The notes beneath the pieces were generated by a model, which ran no database searches, was not told the origin of the DNA, and saw only the letters and a program-made list of their open reading frames with translations. A program made the position numbers and the translations under genes. Below are positions 39,412 to 54,000 of a stretch of DNA of 64,000 nucleotides, in pieces. Numbering within the stretch: the first letter of the stretch is position 1; every line of letters starts with the position of its first letter. The stretch is from NCBI GenBank assembly GCA_951406725.2, contig OX597815.1:130138001-130202000 (forward strand), written 5' to 3'. The stretch comes from Octopus vulgaris. Its lineage: Eukaryota.

Positions 39412-39967
39412 GTATATACGTATGTATATATACATATATATGTATGTATGTCATCAAGGTATATATCTCCCACATACTCAGACCTCATTATGTAACTAAT
39501 TTACACAATGTTCAGTTCACCGTTGTAAAGACCTGTATCAGTGTAAATTAACAAGTGTTTATTTAGTAGTCCGTGTTCTCCTATTGATACTGTACTTGCT
39601 AAACTGTGCGTGCGGAGAATTAGTTACCTTCTATGTGCTTATAGTGTGCTCATAGCTTTGTCAAAAGAACACTAATGTGCAACATAAGAGTTTTACTCTT
39701 ACTGATGACTGAAAATTTGAGGGAGCATTGCGAAATCAGCAAAATAAACAAATGCTCGCATAGAGGCTCCGTTGAATCAGTTGTATCTGTAACAACTCCG
39801 AAGTAGACTCGATACAAACGAATCTATACTCCGTTGTTCTGTGCAGGCAGACAAAAGTCAGTTCTGTACAGATCGTGTGTATTTGTTCCATAGTAGGCAG
39901 ATAGTGTATATGTGTACTATAACATATACTTAGTGTATATGCGTACTATACCATATATATAGGTACA

Positions 39968-40289
39968 CGGACGGGGTGCTGAATGCACTTTTGCCGAAGG
40001 ACAAGAAGCCGAAGTCAAGAAGCCGAACGGACACAATCCTGAACAGACATAAAGCCGAACGGACACAATACCGGACGGACACAGTGCCGAACGGACATAA
40101 AGCCAAACAGACAAGATGCCGAAAATTAAAATATATAATAAAATTGCCAAATTGGTGAATATATATTCCAAATTGGTAAATTGATTATTAAATTATGTAG
40201 GTAGGATTTTTTTTTTTTGTGTCCATTCGGCTTTATGTCCGTTCGGCATTGTGTCTGTTCGGCTTCTTGGCTATTCCACATCCTGTCTG
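39968..40289. mobile_element. Non-autonomous DNA element with inverted arrays of 15-bp subterminal repeats (gccgaacggaca(t/c)aa)
   Basis: Array at about 39990-40125 and its reverse complement at about 40218-40270. Exact termini and TSD are not resolved. Confidence 0.65.
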
Positions 40290-40294
40290 CACAC

Positions 40295-40330
<36 letters not shown>

Positions 40331-40336
<6 letters not shown>

Positions 40337-40618
40337 TATATTTGTCCTATACTATACACATAGTGTATATTTGTCCTATACATAAAAGTAGCATATATTT
40401 GTCCTACACCATAGTGATGGTGCATATGTGTCCTATACCATAAAGATAGTGCGTATGTATTCTATACAATATAAATAGTTGGTATGTGTCCTATATTGCA
40501 AAGACATTGCATATGTGTCTTGTACATTAGAAATGTTGTGCATTTCTCCTATACCATGTAGAAAGTGTGTACGTATCTTATTCTGTACAGAATAAGATGT
40601 ATATGTGTCCTATCCCAT
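40331..40618. repeat. Degenerate 29-bp minisatellite (about 10 units, consensus near tagtgtatatgtgtcctataccataaaga); about 3 more units at 39872-39958
   Basis: Periodic tagtg.atat.tgtcctata motif. Confidence 0.75.
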
Positions 40619-41204
40619 TCAAATGTCTTGTATTATAATGATACTCGTCTTGCACGTTTTTCTTGCCTTTACTCACCAATAGAAGATATTGCTTCCTCAG
40701 AGAATCTTCGAAATTATAGATTGCTTGTAATTTTATATTTTAGCGATTATAACGAACGAATTATGTTTTTATACAATTAATGTATCGCTTCCTATGATTT
40801 GAATTATATGTAAAGGCTTGAGATAGCAATGCTTCTTGGTCTCGCAGAAGCATGGATACCAAAGCATCTTAGTCTTAAGATTTAGGTCATTATAGGCAAC
40901 TAGTGTCGTAGTAGTAGTTACCAAATTACTTATATGTTCCGTCATATAGTTTGGGTGGATTTCCTCGTGATAATTAAATTTCAGCTTTACTTGGATTTAA
41001 CCTGCTGCGCTATATAATAAGTTCATTAAAAAATGTCAGAATATCATATAATTGTTTCATTGTCTCGGTGGCTTGTGCAAGCAATATTTTGTACAAGCTA
41101 TTATGATATATAAATATATATGTGTGTGTATGTATGTATGTATGAATATATACACATAGATAAGCATGCACACACACATTCACGCACATATATATATATA
41201 TATA

Positions 41205-41360
41205 TACGAAGGGCTTCTTTCAGTTTCCGTCTGCCACATCCATTTACAAGGCTACGGTCGGTCCAGGGCTATAGTAGAAGACTCATGCCTACGCTGCCAC
41301 GCAGTGGGACTGAATCCGGAACCATGTGGTTGGGAAGCAAGCTTCTTACAACACAGCTAC
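41205..41360 (-). mobile_element. SINE family B head
   Basis: gggcttctttcagtttccgtct...gccacgcagtgggactgaatccggaaccatgtgg. Confidence 0.8.
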
Positions 41361-41418
<58 letters not shown>

Positions 41419-42011
41419 TCCCCTTTTTGTGTTCCCAGCACTCGGCATCTTAATTTAGGAGCCCTTAATTGTATAACTACATGAATAATATTTTTGTCTT
41501 ATGACTAATTCGTCTTTTGTGCTGGGCACCTGGTAGTAAATAATATTACTACCCTTCTTGTTCATATTCGTATATATATATATATATATATATATACACG
41601 TGTGTGTGTGTGTGTGTAAAGCATAATATGTTATATGTATGTGTGTTATTGTAATTATCAGTTTAGTAAATAAGTTAACATAATATAATGTCTAAAATTG
41701 ATGAACCACCTATTGATCCCCTCCATTTTCTTATTGCTATATAAATTAATGGTAAAATATCTCTTTACCTTCACCCATTTAGTACACAAGGTAATGTAAT
41801 TACAATGCAATAAAAAACACTTGTGTATTAATAATCGGGTATTCTACCAGCAGTATATTGGATAGATATTATCCTTTAGTGGGTTGGATTCACAACCTCT
41901 AACTTTCTTGGAGTTACATATATATATATATAAATAAAAGGAAATGGAGAAGAAAAAGTATAATAGATACTTGATTATTTTATTTGTATCACAATGGAAA
42001 AGTAAAAAGGG

Positions 42012-42338
42012 GGTAAAGATCCCCTTCGGTCATGAATGACCATGGGATTGCACCTAGAAAGTTACCCTCCTAGATACAAGTCCGGGCAAGGTTGTTTATG
42101 GAAGACCAGCAGTCGCCCATGCATACCAGCCTCCCCTCTCCACGCCACCAGTGTTATCCAAGGGAAAGACAAAGGTCGACACAGCTTGGCACCAGTGACG
42201 TCGCAACTCATTTCTACAGCTGAGTGAACTGGAGCAACGTGAAATAAAGTGCTTTGCTCAAGAACACAACACGCAGCCCGGTCCGGGATTCGAGCTCACA
42301 ACCTCACGATCGTAAGCTCGACGCTCTAACCACTGAGC
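42012..42338 (-). mobile_element. SINE family D, full length, low divergence
   Basis: Minus strand ggctcagtggttagagcgtcgagc...gagctcgaatcccgg (A and B boxes), followed by tgtgttcttgagcaaagcacttta. Confidence 0.88.
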
Positions 42339-43098
42339 CCGCAAAGTAAAAGTGATACATATAAGAATAAGGATAAAAGAAACCGGATCAACAAAGCAAC
42401 CCAAAAGTATCCGAAAAGAAAATCCTGCACATGTTTCAATTATCAACATTCAAACGATTATAGATGTAAAAAAAAACATATATTGTTGGGTATCTTCAGG
42501 GGAAAGTAAGTAAATTTTCTGGTCTTGAATTACGAAATGAATAATTTGAGGACTGTGTTTCGAAATTTTCAAATGTAAACAACTTATTAGGTTGTGGAGT
42601 TCATGGGATTAGATATTGATCGTTGAAATTTATCTAATATTGATCGTTGAAATGTTGCTAAAACACCACAATACATTTGAAAAATATATTTATAAAAGTT
42701 TCTGGGAGGAAAATGGGATAAAGACGAATGTAACTTATCATTAGGGGTATAAGATACAAAGAATTAGATTGAGAAATGTAAAGGAAGAAGTGATGAAAAG
42801 TTTGTTTATATTATACTACAATAATGTTTTTTGTAAGTAACACAGAGGAATACAATATTGGTATTATTTAGGATTTAAATGGGTTAAGATATACTTTCCG
42901 GTGTTCTAAGAGAAAAAAGTATTAGGTATATCAAAAAGACTATATTGTACTTATTTAGGAGATGCGGAAAAAATGTTAAACCGGTGTTATAGTTTATTTT
43001 TTTTAGGTCATAATATGAGTAACTAGTAATCTCTCTTGTTCAATATATTTGATATAGCCAGTTGACTCAAAATTTTGAATTAAACATACATACATACA

Positions 43099-43169
<71 letters not shown>

Positions 43170-43256
43170 CTATCTATCTATCTATCCACCTACCTACCTA
43201 CCTACCTACCTACCTACCTACCTACCTACCTACCTACCTACCTACCTATCTATCTT

Positions 43257-43353
<97 letters not shown>

Positions 43354-44537
43354 ATATTGATTATACATTCTAAATCCAGCCAAGCAGTGACACAACTTGA
43401 TGCCAAATATACATAAATGCTACTTGAGTTCAAAGAAGTGATATTTCTTTGGCCATACAGAAGTGAAATTTTGTTAAGGAAAAATATTTCTATCACAAAG
43501 CAATTCTTTTTCCTTTCATTCTCTCGCCGCATCACTGTTCTACTGTAACTAATTTACACAACCACTGGGAATATTATTCTGTTCTTAGATGGAGTATAAA
43601 AAAATTACACAGAAGATAACAGAGTTGTCTTTGATTTTAGAGATGCTTAGATAAACATGGAGAGACAGACGGCAAGAACGATAGATATGCTTAAATGTCC
43701 TCGCATACACGAATAGAAAAAAAAACAGAGAACGAAAGAAAGACATGCATAAAATGTTAAAACAAAGATCAGAAATGTTGATAGGAAGTCGCACATGAGT
43801 TTAATTGACATTTCACTATTTCTTTATTCTACAACATCAAATAAACTTGACAGTTTGATCACAATTACTTCGGCAACTTTAACTGAGTTTGCATTAGCTC
43901 TGAAGAAATTCAAATAAAAGTGGAATATATTCAGAGTTATCTGCCGCACTTGCCGATGGAAACCTAATATTTGTTAGTAACTAATATTTCTCCTTTTGTT
44001 GCATATCTGATTTTTCCATTAGCTTTTTCATGTTGTTCTTCAGAGTAAATATGCATTTGCGTAGTTGACTGATGCAAATGGACAGACGTGTAGTCAACTC
44101 TACTGACTGACAGGCAAACAGACACGCAGAGAAATGCATATTAAAAAACTAAGCCAACATTGATTTATATGTTAATATGTGGATAGATGCATCACATCGA
44201 TCTTTCACTTAACTATAGAGACAGATATAAACTTACATGTATACATACATTTACGTGTGAAGCAGCACAGTTGGATACGTGTGTGCATGGGTGCGTACAC
44301 GTGTATATATAAATGTATGTATCTATATATATATGTATGTATGAAAGAATATATGAATGTATATAAAGCATGGTCACTAGATATGCATATGTAAAAGTCG
44401 ATAGCTACGGTAAACGTATATATCGTAATTAAATTAATTGAAAATATACTTACAATAGGGGAAAATGCGTTTATTTTTACAATTCATATATTTACATATT
44501 GTAATATAATTTGTATTGAATAATCTAGGATCTTTGT

Positions 44538-44593
<56 letters not shown>

Positions 44594-45029
44594 TAAATTG
44601 GATACGCAATTGGAAAAGCTACTAATAATTTCATGCTATTATGATACTTGAACAGGCATATTTATAAAATACGCCATGTATCTCAAAGCAATCTTCCAGG
44701 CTATGTTTAAAACTCCTAGAGGACAACGTCGTCATCAACATTGACGGACAGCATTAAACAAAGTAAGCATGCATTATATATATATATATATATAATACAA
44801 GGACGCTGGTCAGTAAGAAAATATGAAAAATGTGAAGACAGTCGGTGCAAAAATGGAACGAAAAAAGGAAACGAAATAAAAAATTACGATCCTCGTCCTC
44901 CCTGATTGCAGAAAGCACATTGAATACAACTGGTTTAGAACACAATACCAGAAAATATGTCTAAGTCTACAAGACTCAATTCGGAGCGGGTGGTACCCGC
45001 CAATTCGTTAAAAGAAACCTGTCCTGCTA

Positions 45030-45399
45030 AAAATTTCAGATCTCGAATTAAGCAGTGTGTTGGAATTGCTGGATCGAAGAAAAATATGAAATCTTTCTGC
45101 TATGCATAAATAGCATTTCTTAGATTCATTAACATATGGCTTGGATTTCTCCACTGTTCTCTATTTAATTGTATGTGATGTGGAGCTACTCTTCAAATTC
45201 CATACATAACCAATTTAGTTGCATTACTTTTATAGATGTGCCAGAAAGATGATAGGTGGTTTGCACAACGTCTCTTAAATTTGCCCTCACATAGCCCGAT
45301 GTAATTCTTCTTTCCAATTGATTTGCCTTGGAATGTAGATGCAATTTCAGCCTCATATGTGACAGAATTTATCATATTCACTTTGTCAAGAGGGCAAGC
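45030..45399 (-). pseudogene. Penelope-like retroelement GIY-YIG endonuclease relic
   Basis: ACPLDKVNMINSVTYEAEI...KNYIGLCEGKFKRRCANHLSSF...NATKL, frameshift, YVWNLK...IK*RTVEKSKPYVNESKKCYLCIAERFHIF...LLNSRSEI. This is the characteristic C-terminus of Penelope-type ORFs, with a stop and a frameshift. Confidence 0.85.
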
Positions 45400-45498
45400 T
45401 TTAGTTATAACTGGTAAACACTTGGTGATTTTTGCGAGATATAATGTTCCTCATATTGGTGTATTTATCTATTTATCCATAAATATATAAATACATAT

Positions 45499-45542
<44 letters not shown>

Positions 45543-46331
45543 AAAGAAAGAAAGTAAGTAAGTAAGAGAGATGGATGAAGAGGGAGATAGCATAAAAGCA
45601 TAATAAACATAATCTCACATATAGTTAATACTATAGTTTATATTCAAAAGCTTTTTCATTAAGATAAACAACCAAATTTATAATTATATGATTGTGATTC
45701 ATAGTTGTATTAAATTAAATTAATTAAAAAAATAGTGTTTATCTAAATTATCAGCAATGTTATGTTAATCAGAAAACTGTTACTGGCTTAAAACATTATT
45801 AGACTGAAAAGATGTTGACAGATTTCTCCTCCACAATGGTGAATGCTGTCAGCATATTTTGAATCCAATAACGTTATGCTTAAAAGCCACATATCTCTAA
45901 CTATTGGGCAATAGGACTTGATTATGTAATTTACATTATGTAACAAATAATCACCTTATGTTAATGAAGCGTACGTAAGATGATGTAACTGAATATCTTA
46001 TAAATTATCAATTACGCATTGTTTTATTTGTGTAATCAAATGCATATTTGTTCATATATACTTTTACACGCGCACACACACACACACACGCACACACACA
46101 CATACACACACACATACGTACACTCACACCACACTTTATTTTATCTATACATGTGTATGGAATATACTCATGCATAGTCATATACGTAACAACACACACA
46201 CACAAAAACACACACACACACACACATATATATGTATGTATATATGTATGTATGTTTTTTTCTTTTAGTTTTATTTAAGTTCTTAAAAGAATTCAAGCCA
46301 GTCGCTAACAAAGTGACAAAACTTATTGAGT

Positions 46332-46497
46332 AGGCGCAGGAGTGGCTGTGTGGTAAGTAGCTTGCTTACCAACCACATGGTTCCGGGTTTATTCACACTA
46401 CATGGCACCTTGGGCAAGTGTCTTTTACAATAGCCTCGGGCCGACCAAAAACTTGTGAGTGGATTTGGTATACGGAAACTGAAAGAAGCCCGTCGTA

Positions 46498-46535
<38 letters not shown>

Positions 46536-46858
46536 TGTATGTATGTATTATGTCTGTCTGTCTGTATGTATGTATGTATGTATGTATGTATGTATGTATG
46601 TATGTATGTATGTATGTATGTATGTGTGTATGTATGTATGTGTGTGTATATGTTTGTGTGTCTGTGTTTGTCCCCCCAACATCGCTTGACAACCGATGTT
46701 GGTGTCTTCACGTCCCCGTAACTTAGCAGTTCGGCAAAAGAGACCGATAGAACTAGGCTTACAATGAATAAGTCCTAGGGTCGATTTGCTCGACTAAAGG
46801 CGGTGCTCCAGCATGGCTGCAGTCAAATGACCGAAACAAGTAAAAGAGTAAAAGAGAG
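46332..46858 (+). mobile_element. SINE family B, full length with expanded internal (TA)/(TATG) tract
   Basis: aggcgcaggagtggctgtgtggtaagtagc...ggcggtgctccagcatggctgcagtcaaatgaccgaaacaagtaaaagag. Confidence 0.9.
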
Positions 46859-47196
46859 CGTTTGTAAATATGTGGTTGAGTTGGTGTGTTGGTTGAACTG
46901 TCGATGCATATACCCAAGTACGTGCATTTATTCGCAGAAGAATTTCAGATGAGAGAATCTTTGGAATGTCTTATAAATATTCATTGTTCCGCTAATTTTG
47001 AGAATCCGCGTCGGTTTCTATTGCTCTTTCTTTGAAAAATCTAGTATTTGTAGGTTTTTGTGAAAATATGTAGGTACATAGTCTAATGCACCTATGATGA
47101 TAGGTAAAAATGAAAATTCATTGTCAGTTGAATAATAGCCCATTTGTAGCCATGAATACCTGTAACCTTAGGTACCCACAATCTTTCAATAGTACT

Positions 47197-47402
47197 TTAA
47201 GTGCTTAAAACCCTCTTGATAATCTTTCGTGTCTATAAGCGGCAAACTCACTGTAAAAGCTCTACAAAGCTATTCCAGTCTCTTTCAACCATTTTTCTAT
47301 ATCTTTGTTTATAGTTCCCAATGCACCAATTATCAAAGACACAATTTTGACAGTTTTCATATTCCAAATTCTTGCAATTTCAAATTTTAAGAGATTGTAT
47401 TT
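47197..47402 (-). pseudogene. 3' fragment of an RLE-type non-LTR retrotransposon (Dong/R4-like)
   Basis: KYNLLKFEIARIWNMKTVKIVSLIIGALGTINKDIEKWLKETGI, frameshift, ELLQ*VCRL*TRKIIKRVLST*. Matches the KY-x-L...W...IGALG...GTARI restriction-like endonuclease C-terminus. Abuts TAA/TAAA repeats. Confidence 0.8.
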
Positions 47403-47580
47403 TTGATTTTATTTATTTATTTATTTATTATTACTATTATTCGATTGGCTGCTTAATTTATCTCATCAGCCTATGGCTGATTTGTAAGGTTGGTTACACA
47501 CTGGTCAATAGCCTGTTTTTGTTGTTGCTCGAGTCTTTTATCCCATGTATAACATACTCTCTTCATCTGAAACAGGACAG

Positions 47581-47585
47581 TACTA

Positions 47586-47674
<89 letters not shown>

Positions 47675-47680
47675 GCTACT
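47581..47680. repeat. (TAC)n microsatellite
   Basis: Visible directly. Confidence 0.95.
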
Positions 47681-47930
47681 GCTTATCTTCGCAACTGTAC
47701 TGCAAATTGTCATTATAAAGACGGTTGGCGCCAAAGCTGGAAGCAAAATGGTAATTATTCGGCTGTTTCTCTCTCTCTCTCTTTCTGTCTATTGCTTCTG
47801 AATCCCAATAACCCCCGGAGATGACTTGGTTTTTCACTCGTCCAAAAATGAGAATGATCCTGATTCAGAGAGTTATATGAACATTATATTAACATTATAT
47901 TATATTATATTATATTATATTATATTATAT

Positions 47931-47980
<50 letters not shown>

Positions 47981-47993
47981 ATGTGTGTGTATG

Positions 47994-48086
<93 letters not shown>

Positions 48087-48179
48087 GAGCGCCTATTAAT
48101 AATAATACTGTAATTGTTCCACTGTTGTTGTTTTTTTGTTTTCCCGTTTGGATTAAAATTATATATATATATATATATC

Positions 48180-48212
<33 letters not shown>

Positions 48213-48724
48213 AAGTAAAAACATGCATAGAGAAAATCACATCTTTAATTGTTGAATTCACCATACAATGTCTGCAATCGTTTCTGTTGTATCAACACAA
48301 AAAAATCGTTCAAATACCGACAATAGCGTCCCGAAAATACATGTTAACGCAATGTATTCAAAGCAATCCGAAATTATTTATCAAGCGGTGGTGAGGGATA
48401 CGTACAGACACACATATATGTGTATGAAGATAAAAGACAAAACATATATGTGTGTGTCTTTGTGTATATATATATATTATTTTCTTTACGAGACTTCCTG
48501 TGAATTCATAAAATTTGCGCTTTTTTTCCATAATGGAGACGAACACCATCCTTCCATGTGATCGGCTTGAAACATTGTTAAGATATTAAGATATGTTTCA
48601 TAACATGAAACCAATGGTAGCCTTAATATACAAATAAACTCTATCCACCTATGTGGTGTTGAAAACTCATACGCGTCGTTCGACATTTACGTATGTATGT
48701 GTGTGTGTGTGTGTATCCTTTATG

Positions 48725-48945
48725 ATTTACTTGCTCCAATCTTTAGGTTGCAGCCATGCTGGTGCACCGCCTGGAAGAATTTTAGTCGAACAAATCGGCC
48801 CCAGGGCTTAATTTTTGGAAGCCTGATACTTATTCTATCGGTGCCTCACATCCGAACCACTAAGTTACAGGGACATGAAAAAACAACACCCGTTGTGAAG
48901 TGGTGGTAGTGGTGGGGGGCAAGCACAGACACAAAATACATATAA
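48725..48945 (-). mobile_element. SINE family B, 3' half
   Basis: gcagccatgctggtgcaccgcc...tacttattctatcggt. Confidence 0.7.
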
Positions 48946-49612
48946 ATATAGATATATACGAGTAATCTTTCAATGTAATATTTTTGTGTGTGCGTGCAAG
49001 TCTCATTGACAAAAACGCGACACTTGAGTGGGCGCCACTTATACGTGTGTGTAGTGTTTGCGTTCGTACGTATGTACGTATGCATGCATGCATGTATGTA
49101 TGTATGTATGTATGTACGTATGTATGTATGTATGTATGTATGTATGTATGTATGTATGTATGTATGTATGTATGTATGTATGTATGTATGTGCATGTTTA
49201 TACATATATGTGTGTGTACCTCTGTTTGTTCGGCATTTTAAACATTTGACTGTAAATAAGAGAATGTGAAATACTGCCGATATTTTAGAGCGGTTTAAGT
49301 GCCAATCCCATAACTTAGTGTTGCTGAGTCGTAGAAGATTTAGTTAGATGTTAATCATATCGCAGTTCCTTTTGTATGTGATGGTCATCTTCAGATTTGT
49401 AACTAAGTTGTTAAAAAATGTTGTTGATGTTGTGTGTCTTGTTCATAAAGAGCAAAGTTTTCAATTATTATATCAACTGGCAGCCGCCATCTGTTAGTTG
49501 AAGCTGAGATTGAAGTGCATGGCCTCTCATTTCAAAACTCGTTTTCATAACCTGCTATTAAAATTTTGTTTTCAGTTTGTTCCTCACTGCCAACATCATG
49601 TCATACATCCAT

Positions 49613-49649
<37 letters not shown>

Positions 49650-49931
49650 TTCTCTTTACGAAGTTATTCCAGTTAAAAGAATGCCAGAGATTGATTAACA
49701 TAATGCTTAGGTTCCTTGGATAATGGAATAAAGACTCAGTTTTCGATTATGCGACTGTGCTTAATAATAGTAATGATGATAACAATAATCCCTTTCTACA
49801 ATAGGCGCATGGCCTGGAATTTTGATGGGATTTTTGTGGGGAGAATAGATTATATTAACTGCAGGCTCGACTCCGGAAGAATAAAAGCAAAAACAAAACG
49901 ACCTCGGAGGAATTTGAATTAACAACATGGA

Positions 49932-50153
<222 letters not shown>

Positions 50154-50154
50154 T

Positions 50155-50676
50155 GCAGTACCAGGTACTGGCTTTCATAGCTTCTGATCTTAACTGATTG
50201 GAAGTGTTATCATGTACATGTTTTGTCTTATCATATAAGATGGGTTACAGCAAATATTCTGCTCAATACCACAGATTTGCTTATTAGTTGTTTGACCTTA
50301 AACAGTTGAGCATGTCCTTTAGTGGTTGACGATATGCGCATCTCTGATCAGGAACAGAAGTAGTGGTGGGGGGGCATCATAGTCATGTATTGAAAGGAAT
50401 TTTGGGGTGTTTGAATAATTCACCTCTGGAAACAAACCTTATTCAGAGATCTTTTGAGCGGGATGGGCTACTCCACCTGAAGAAATTTCTAACTGGGCCC
50501 CACTTGCAAGGTCATGTGCTGTTTAGCTTGATATGAGATCACCATGTCGTGCACATATGTTTGTGATGCATGTGCCCGGTGTACCCTTATCAGACAGGTA
50601 GTCACATTGGGTATATTGAGCTTCGTATATTTGTACCCTACTGTCACTTTGGTGGCATGCATTTCTCTGTCACTCA
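50155..50676. mobile_element. Unclassified ~520-bp insert sitting inside (AAT)n, probably an interspersed repeat
   Basis: Complex sequence with sharp borders and AAT repeats on both sides. No TIR and no convincing ORF. Confidence 0.45.
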
Positions 50677-50685
50677 ATGATGATG

Positions 50686-50757
<72 letters not shown>

Positions 50758-50759
<2 letters not shown>

Positions 50760-50958
50760 TTCTACTGTAGGCACAAGGTCTGAAATTTCGGGGGATGGGG
50801 CTAGTCGATTACATCGACCCCAGTGTTTGACTTGTACTTAATTTATCAACCTCGAAAGGATGAAAGGCAAAGTCGATCTCTGCGGAATTTGAACTCAGAA
50901 CGTAGCAGCAGACGAAATACCCCTTAGCATTTCGCCCGGCGTGCTAACGATTGTGCTA
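50758..50958 (-). mobile_element. SINE family A adjoining (AAT)n
   Basis: Full body match. Confidence 0.85.
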
Positions 50959-51837
50959 ATCCTCTATTAGTGTCAGTTTGGCCCATTAACGAATACAATA
51001 AACACACATACAAAGTTGTCACAAAATACGCGAAGATAAACAAGAAAGAATTTGTATAAATTCATATTTTATGTTAAAAGATGTTAAAAGATGTTTGACG
51101 TTGGGCAAAATAATCACACAAAATAAATAGATATTTTATCCTGCTCTACGGTTAGTTAGAGTCAGGAGCTATATTGACTGATAGTACGTCTATCAGCGAA
51201 GTAGACTGAACCAGAGATCAATGTTTACTCATGCTGCTCTGTCAGCAAATGCTGAAATATTTATATTATCTCGAAGATTTAAAGGAAAACACAAAATAAT
51301 AATCTACCGTAGACAAGACAGTAGCATTTGTTTACTTTGCCATCAAAACTGTGAATTTGTCAACTATACCATCACAATTATCAAATTGTTTAGAGTATCA
51401 CCATGGTTACGCGTTTTACATCATCAACATAATTATAGAATTGAGTAATTTCATTTATTTCTTTTGTGCTTTCTTTCATCATTTGCTTTCTGTATCATTA
51501 ACTGTCAAATTAGTTGCTATGACTACTAACTTACTTATTAAGCGACAAAGAAAAATTAACACACACAGATGCAAACTCTTACATTATCACATACTGTCAC
51601 ATACAGTCCTAGAGATGCATAAATTTGCTTAGCTTATATGCACGGTTCAGTGAGAAGACTGTCGCATATCACTCACCATATTATTTTTCTTTCGTTTTTT
51701 TTATGTATTTGAAAGAAAACAAAATTTTTCGTTTTATCATATGAGTTTTTAATCGTCTGAGGGAATTAATTGACACTATTGTCAAGAATATGGAAAGGCA
51801 AACTTCGAAGACGCGGTAAAAGAAATATACAACGACT

Positions 51838-51878
<41 letters not shown>

Positions 51879-52269
51879 AATGATGATGATCAAGGCGATA
51901 GGGAAGATGATGACGATAGTGGTGATGATTATGATGATGGTAATGATGAGGATAATGAGGAGGAAGAGGACAACGACGTTGATGATATTGATGCAGATGA
52001 TGATGATGATGATGTTGATGACAACGGTGATAACGATAGGGATAATAATAATAATGATGACGATGAGGATAACGATGACGGTTACTTAGTTTGGCACCAA
52101 AGCATTGATTTATTCAGAAGGGACACACAATAGACACAAGTAAATTAATGGTACTCATTCATATAAAGCAGTCGTGAAATAATAACACTAACAACATCAA
52201 TAATTATAATTTCTTACAAATTAGCAATAACGATCACATATTAAAATTAATACTTTTTTTCCGGCTCTC

Positions 52270-52400
52270 TACATTCTGAGTTCAAATCTCGTCGATGTCA
52301 ATTTTGTCTTTAATCCTTTCGAAGTTGATAAAACAAAGTACCAGTCAAGTACAGGAGTCGATATAATCGACTTTCCCCTTCCCCTCAAAATTGCTGGCCT
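52270..52400 (+). mobile_element. SINE family A, partial
   Basis: ttctgagttcaaatctcgtcga...aagtaccagtcaagtac. Confidence 0.7.
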
Positions 52401-52799
52401 TGAACTCTGCAACTGACCGGTATCTCGTTCAGTGAGAATGCTGTGATCTCGGACACTTATACGCCATGAAAACCGTGTAGCCGGCCTTATGAACCCTAGA
52501 GTGCAAGAAAAATTAAAATGCATATACATACCTAAATGAATAGAAATAAAAGCAAACATGGGCCGTATATTCACATACGGGTGAGAAGGCGCCAGCTTGA
52601 TTAGATCAAAGCATATTACGGCTCCGAGCACCTTTTACTCCTGGCATCTGGTAATTTTGAAAGTGCCCGTAAGCACTTTTGGTGTGAGACTGAGCAAGGA
52701 TTATATCCTCAAAGTAGTGCTCTTTTTAGCTGTTTATAGATTACCGGTGCGATTTTCACCTTCTCTCTCTCTCTCTCTCTTATCGATGTTCTTTAAAAT

Positions 52800-54000
52800 G
52801 ATAACCAAGCTCGTCTTGTCAGATCATTGTTCCTTCCGTTTCCATCCTTCAATTTGTTTTATAGTTTCATCAATTCCTCGTTGGCTATTTGAAGGACTAC
52901 GAATATCATGTAATTCGAGGTGGAAATATGGTCCCCGCCACCTGTGTTTTATGAATTTCTCCGTTATCTCCGATGGCCTGCTATACATTCCCAGTATCCA
53001 GTCGCCATCGTTACAAGATCATGTAGTCATATAGGGATGAGGTTAGTTGGCTTCCTGATGGTTAGCCCTGCGCACCGAGATCGAGATAATTTTCCCGACT
53101 ATCTTTAGGCATGAGATTAAATGGTGCTTTAGAAACAGAAGTTTCTGGGAACTGTTGGTAGTTTTTTTCTATTTCTGCTTATCTCCGCTGCTCTCTCCTT
53201 CTCGTCTGCTTTTTCATCTTTCCTGGGCAGAAAACTGCAAGTGACTCTTGCTGTGACATGTATAACAACTAGACTTTCAGCTCTGTACCATCAGTCTGAT
53301 ATTATTCTTTTTTGTATCTACGATGGTGTAATGCAACTCGATCGCTATGTGGTCTTCGCGGCATTATCAGGAGTTGCATATCCATATAGACACCACTTAA
53401 CCGCATAATATTTCAAGTTACCTCTACTTTCAACATCTACTCATACCGTGACATATAATGGATTGTCATGCCAAGAGTCAACGTCACAACTAATGTTCCT
53501 AGCTATTTGTATTCCGTCGCTCTATATATTGCAGTAGTATTCTGTTATATGTCAACTCCGCCTGTCTTCTTGTATCACTGTCGTGTAAAAAGTCGAGTAC
53601 ACGTTACCATGTGCTTTACTGTGTACGGATTGATAAAAGCCAAATCGTTTCATATGCCACCTTCTTCTGACAGCTCCTATGGGTTACACTAAGGCTCACT
53701 CTGTTTTTCAAGATACAGATCTATGTTACAGGCTTCCTTACTCTCTCTTCCATGAACTCCTCGACTGAGGTGACAGTCTTCTTACAAATACTTTTGCTAC
53801 GTGATTTTGTTTGCTGGAGCTGACTTATGTCCAGCAATTCTTTCTTTTTGTTTCGTAACGCTAACAGATCTGGCGCTATTGTCTTCCTTGTAGATGTTAT
53901 AGTGTAAGATCTGTGTTCTTAACATGTTTTGGTATTGCCATGTATTTCTATGTGTTTTTAAATCGTAGATATGTCTGTCTAAATGTCATTTCTTTCTAAT
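52800..54000 (-). mobile_element. Possible heavily decayed LINE (RTE-like) relic
   Basis: Complex, more GC-balanced sequence that is purine-rich on the minus strand, with only short RT-like peptides (GLTI, DMQLL). No intact motif. Confidence 0.25.

Noticed and set aside
39872-40618. CRISPR-like periodicity (29-bp and 15-bp units)
   Set aside because: The units are contiguous and degenerate with no unique spacers, there are no cas genes, and the context is eukaryotic.
47435-47475. CTGATGA-GAT...ATC-GAAT on the minus strand, plus CTGATGA at 39702 (+) and 37530 (-)
   Set aside because: GAAA, stem III or stem I is missing, so these are not complete hammerheads.
52597-53034. 145-aa plus-strand ORF
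   Set aside because: No recognisable domain, it spans a CT microsatellite, and it is probably antisense to a decayed repeat.
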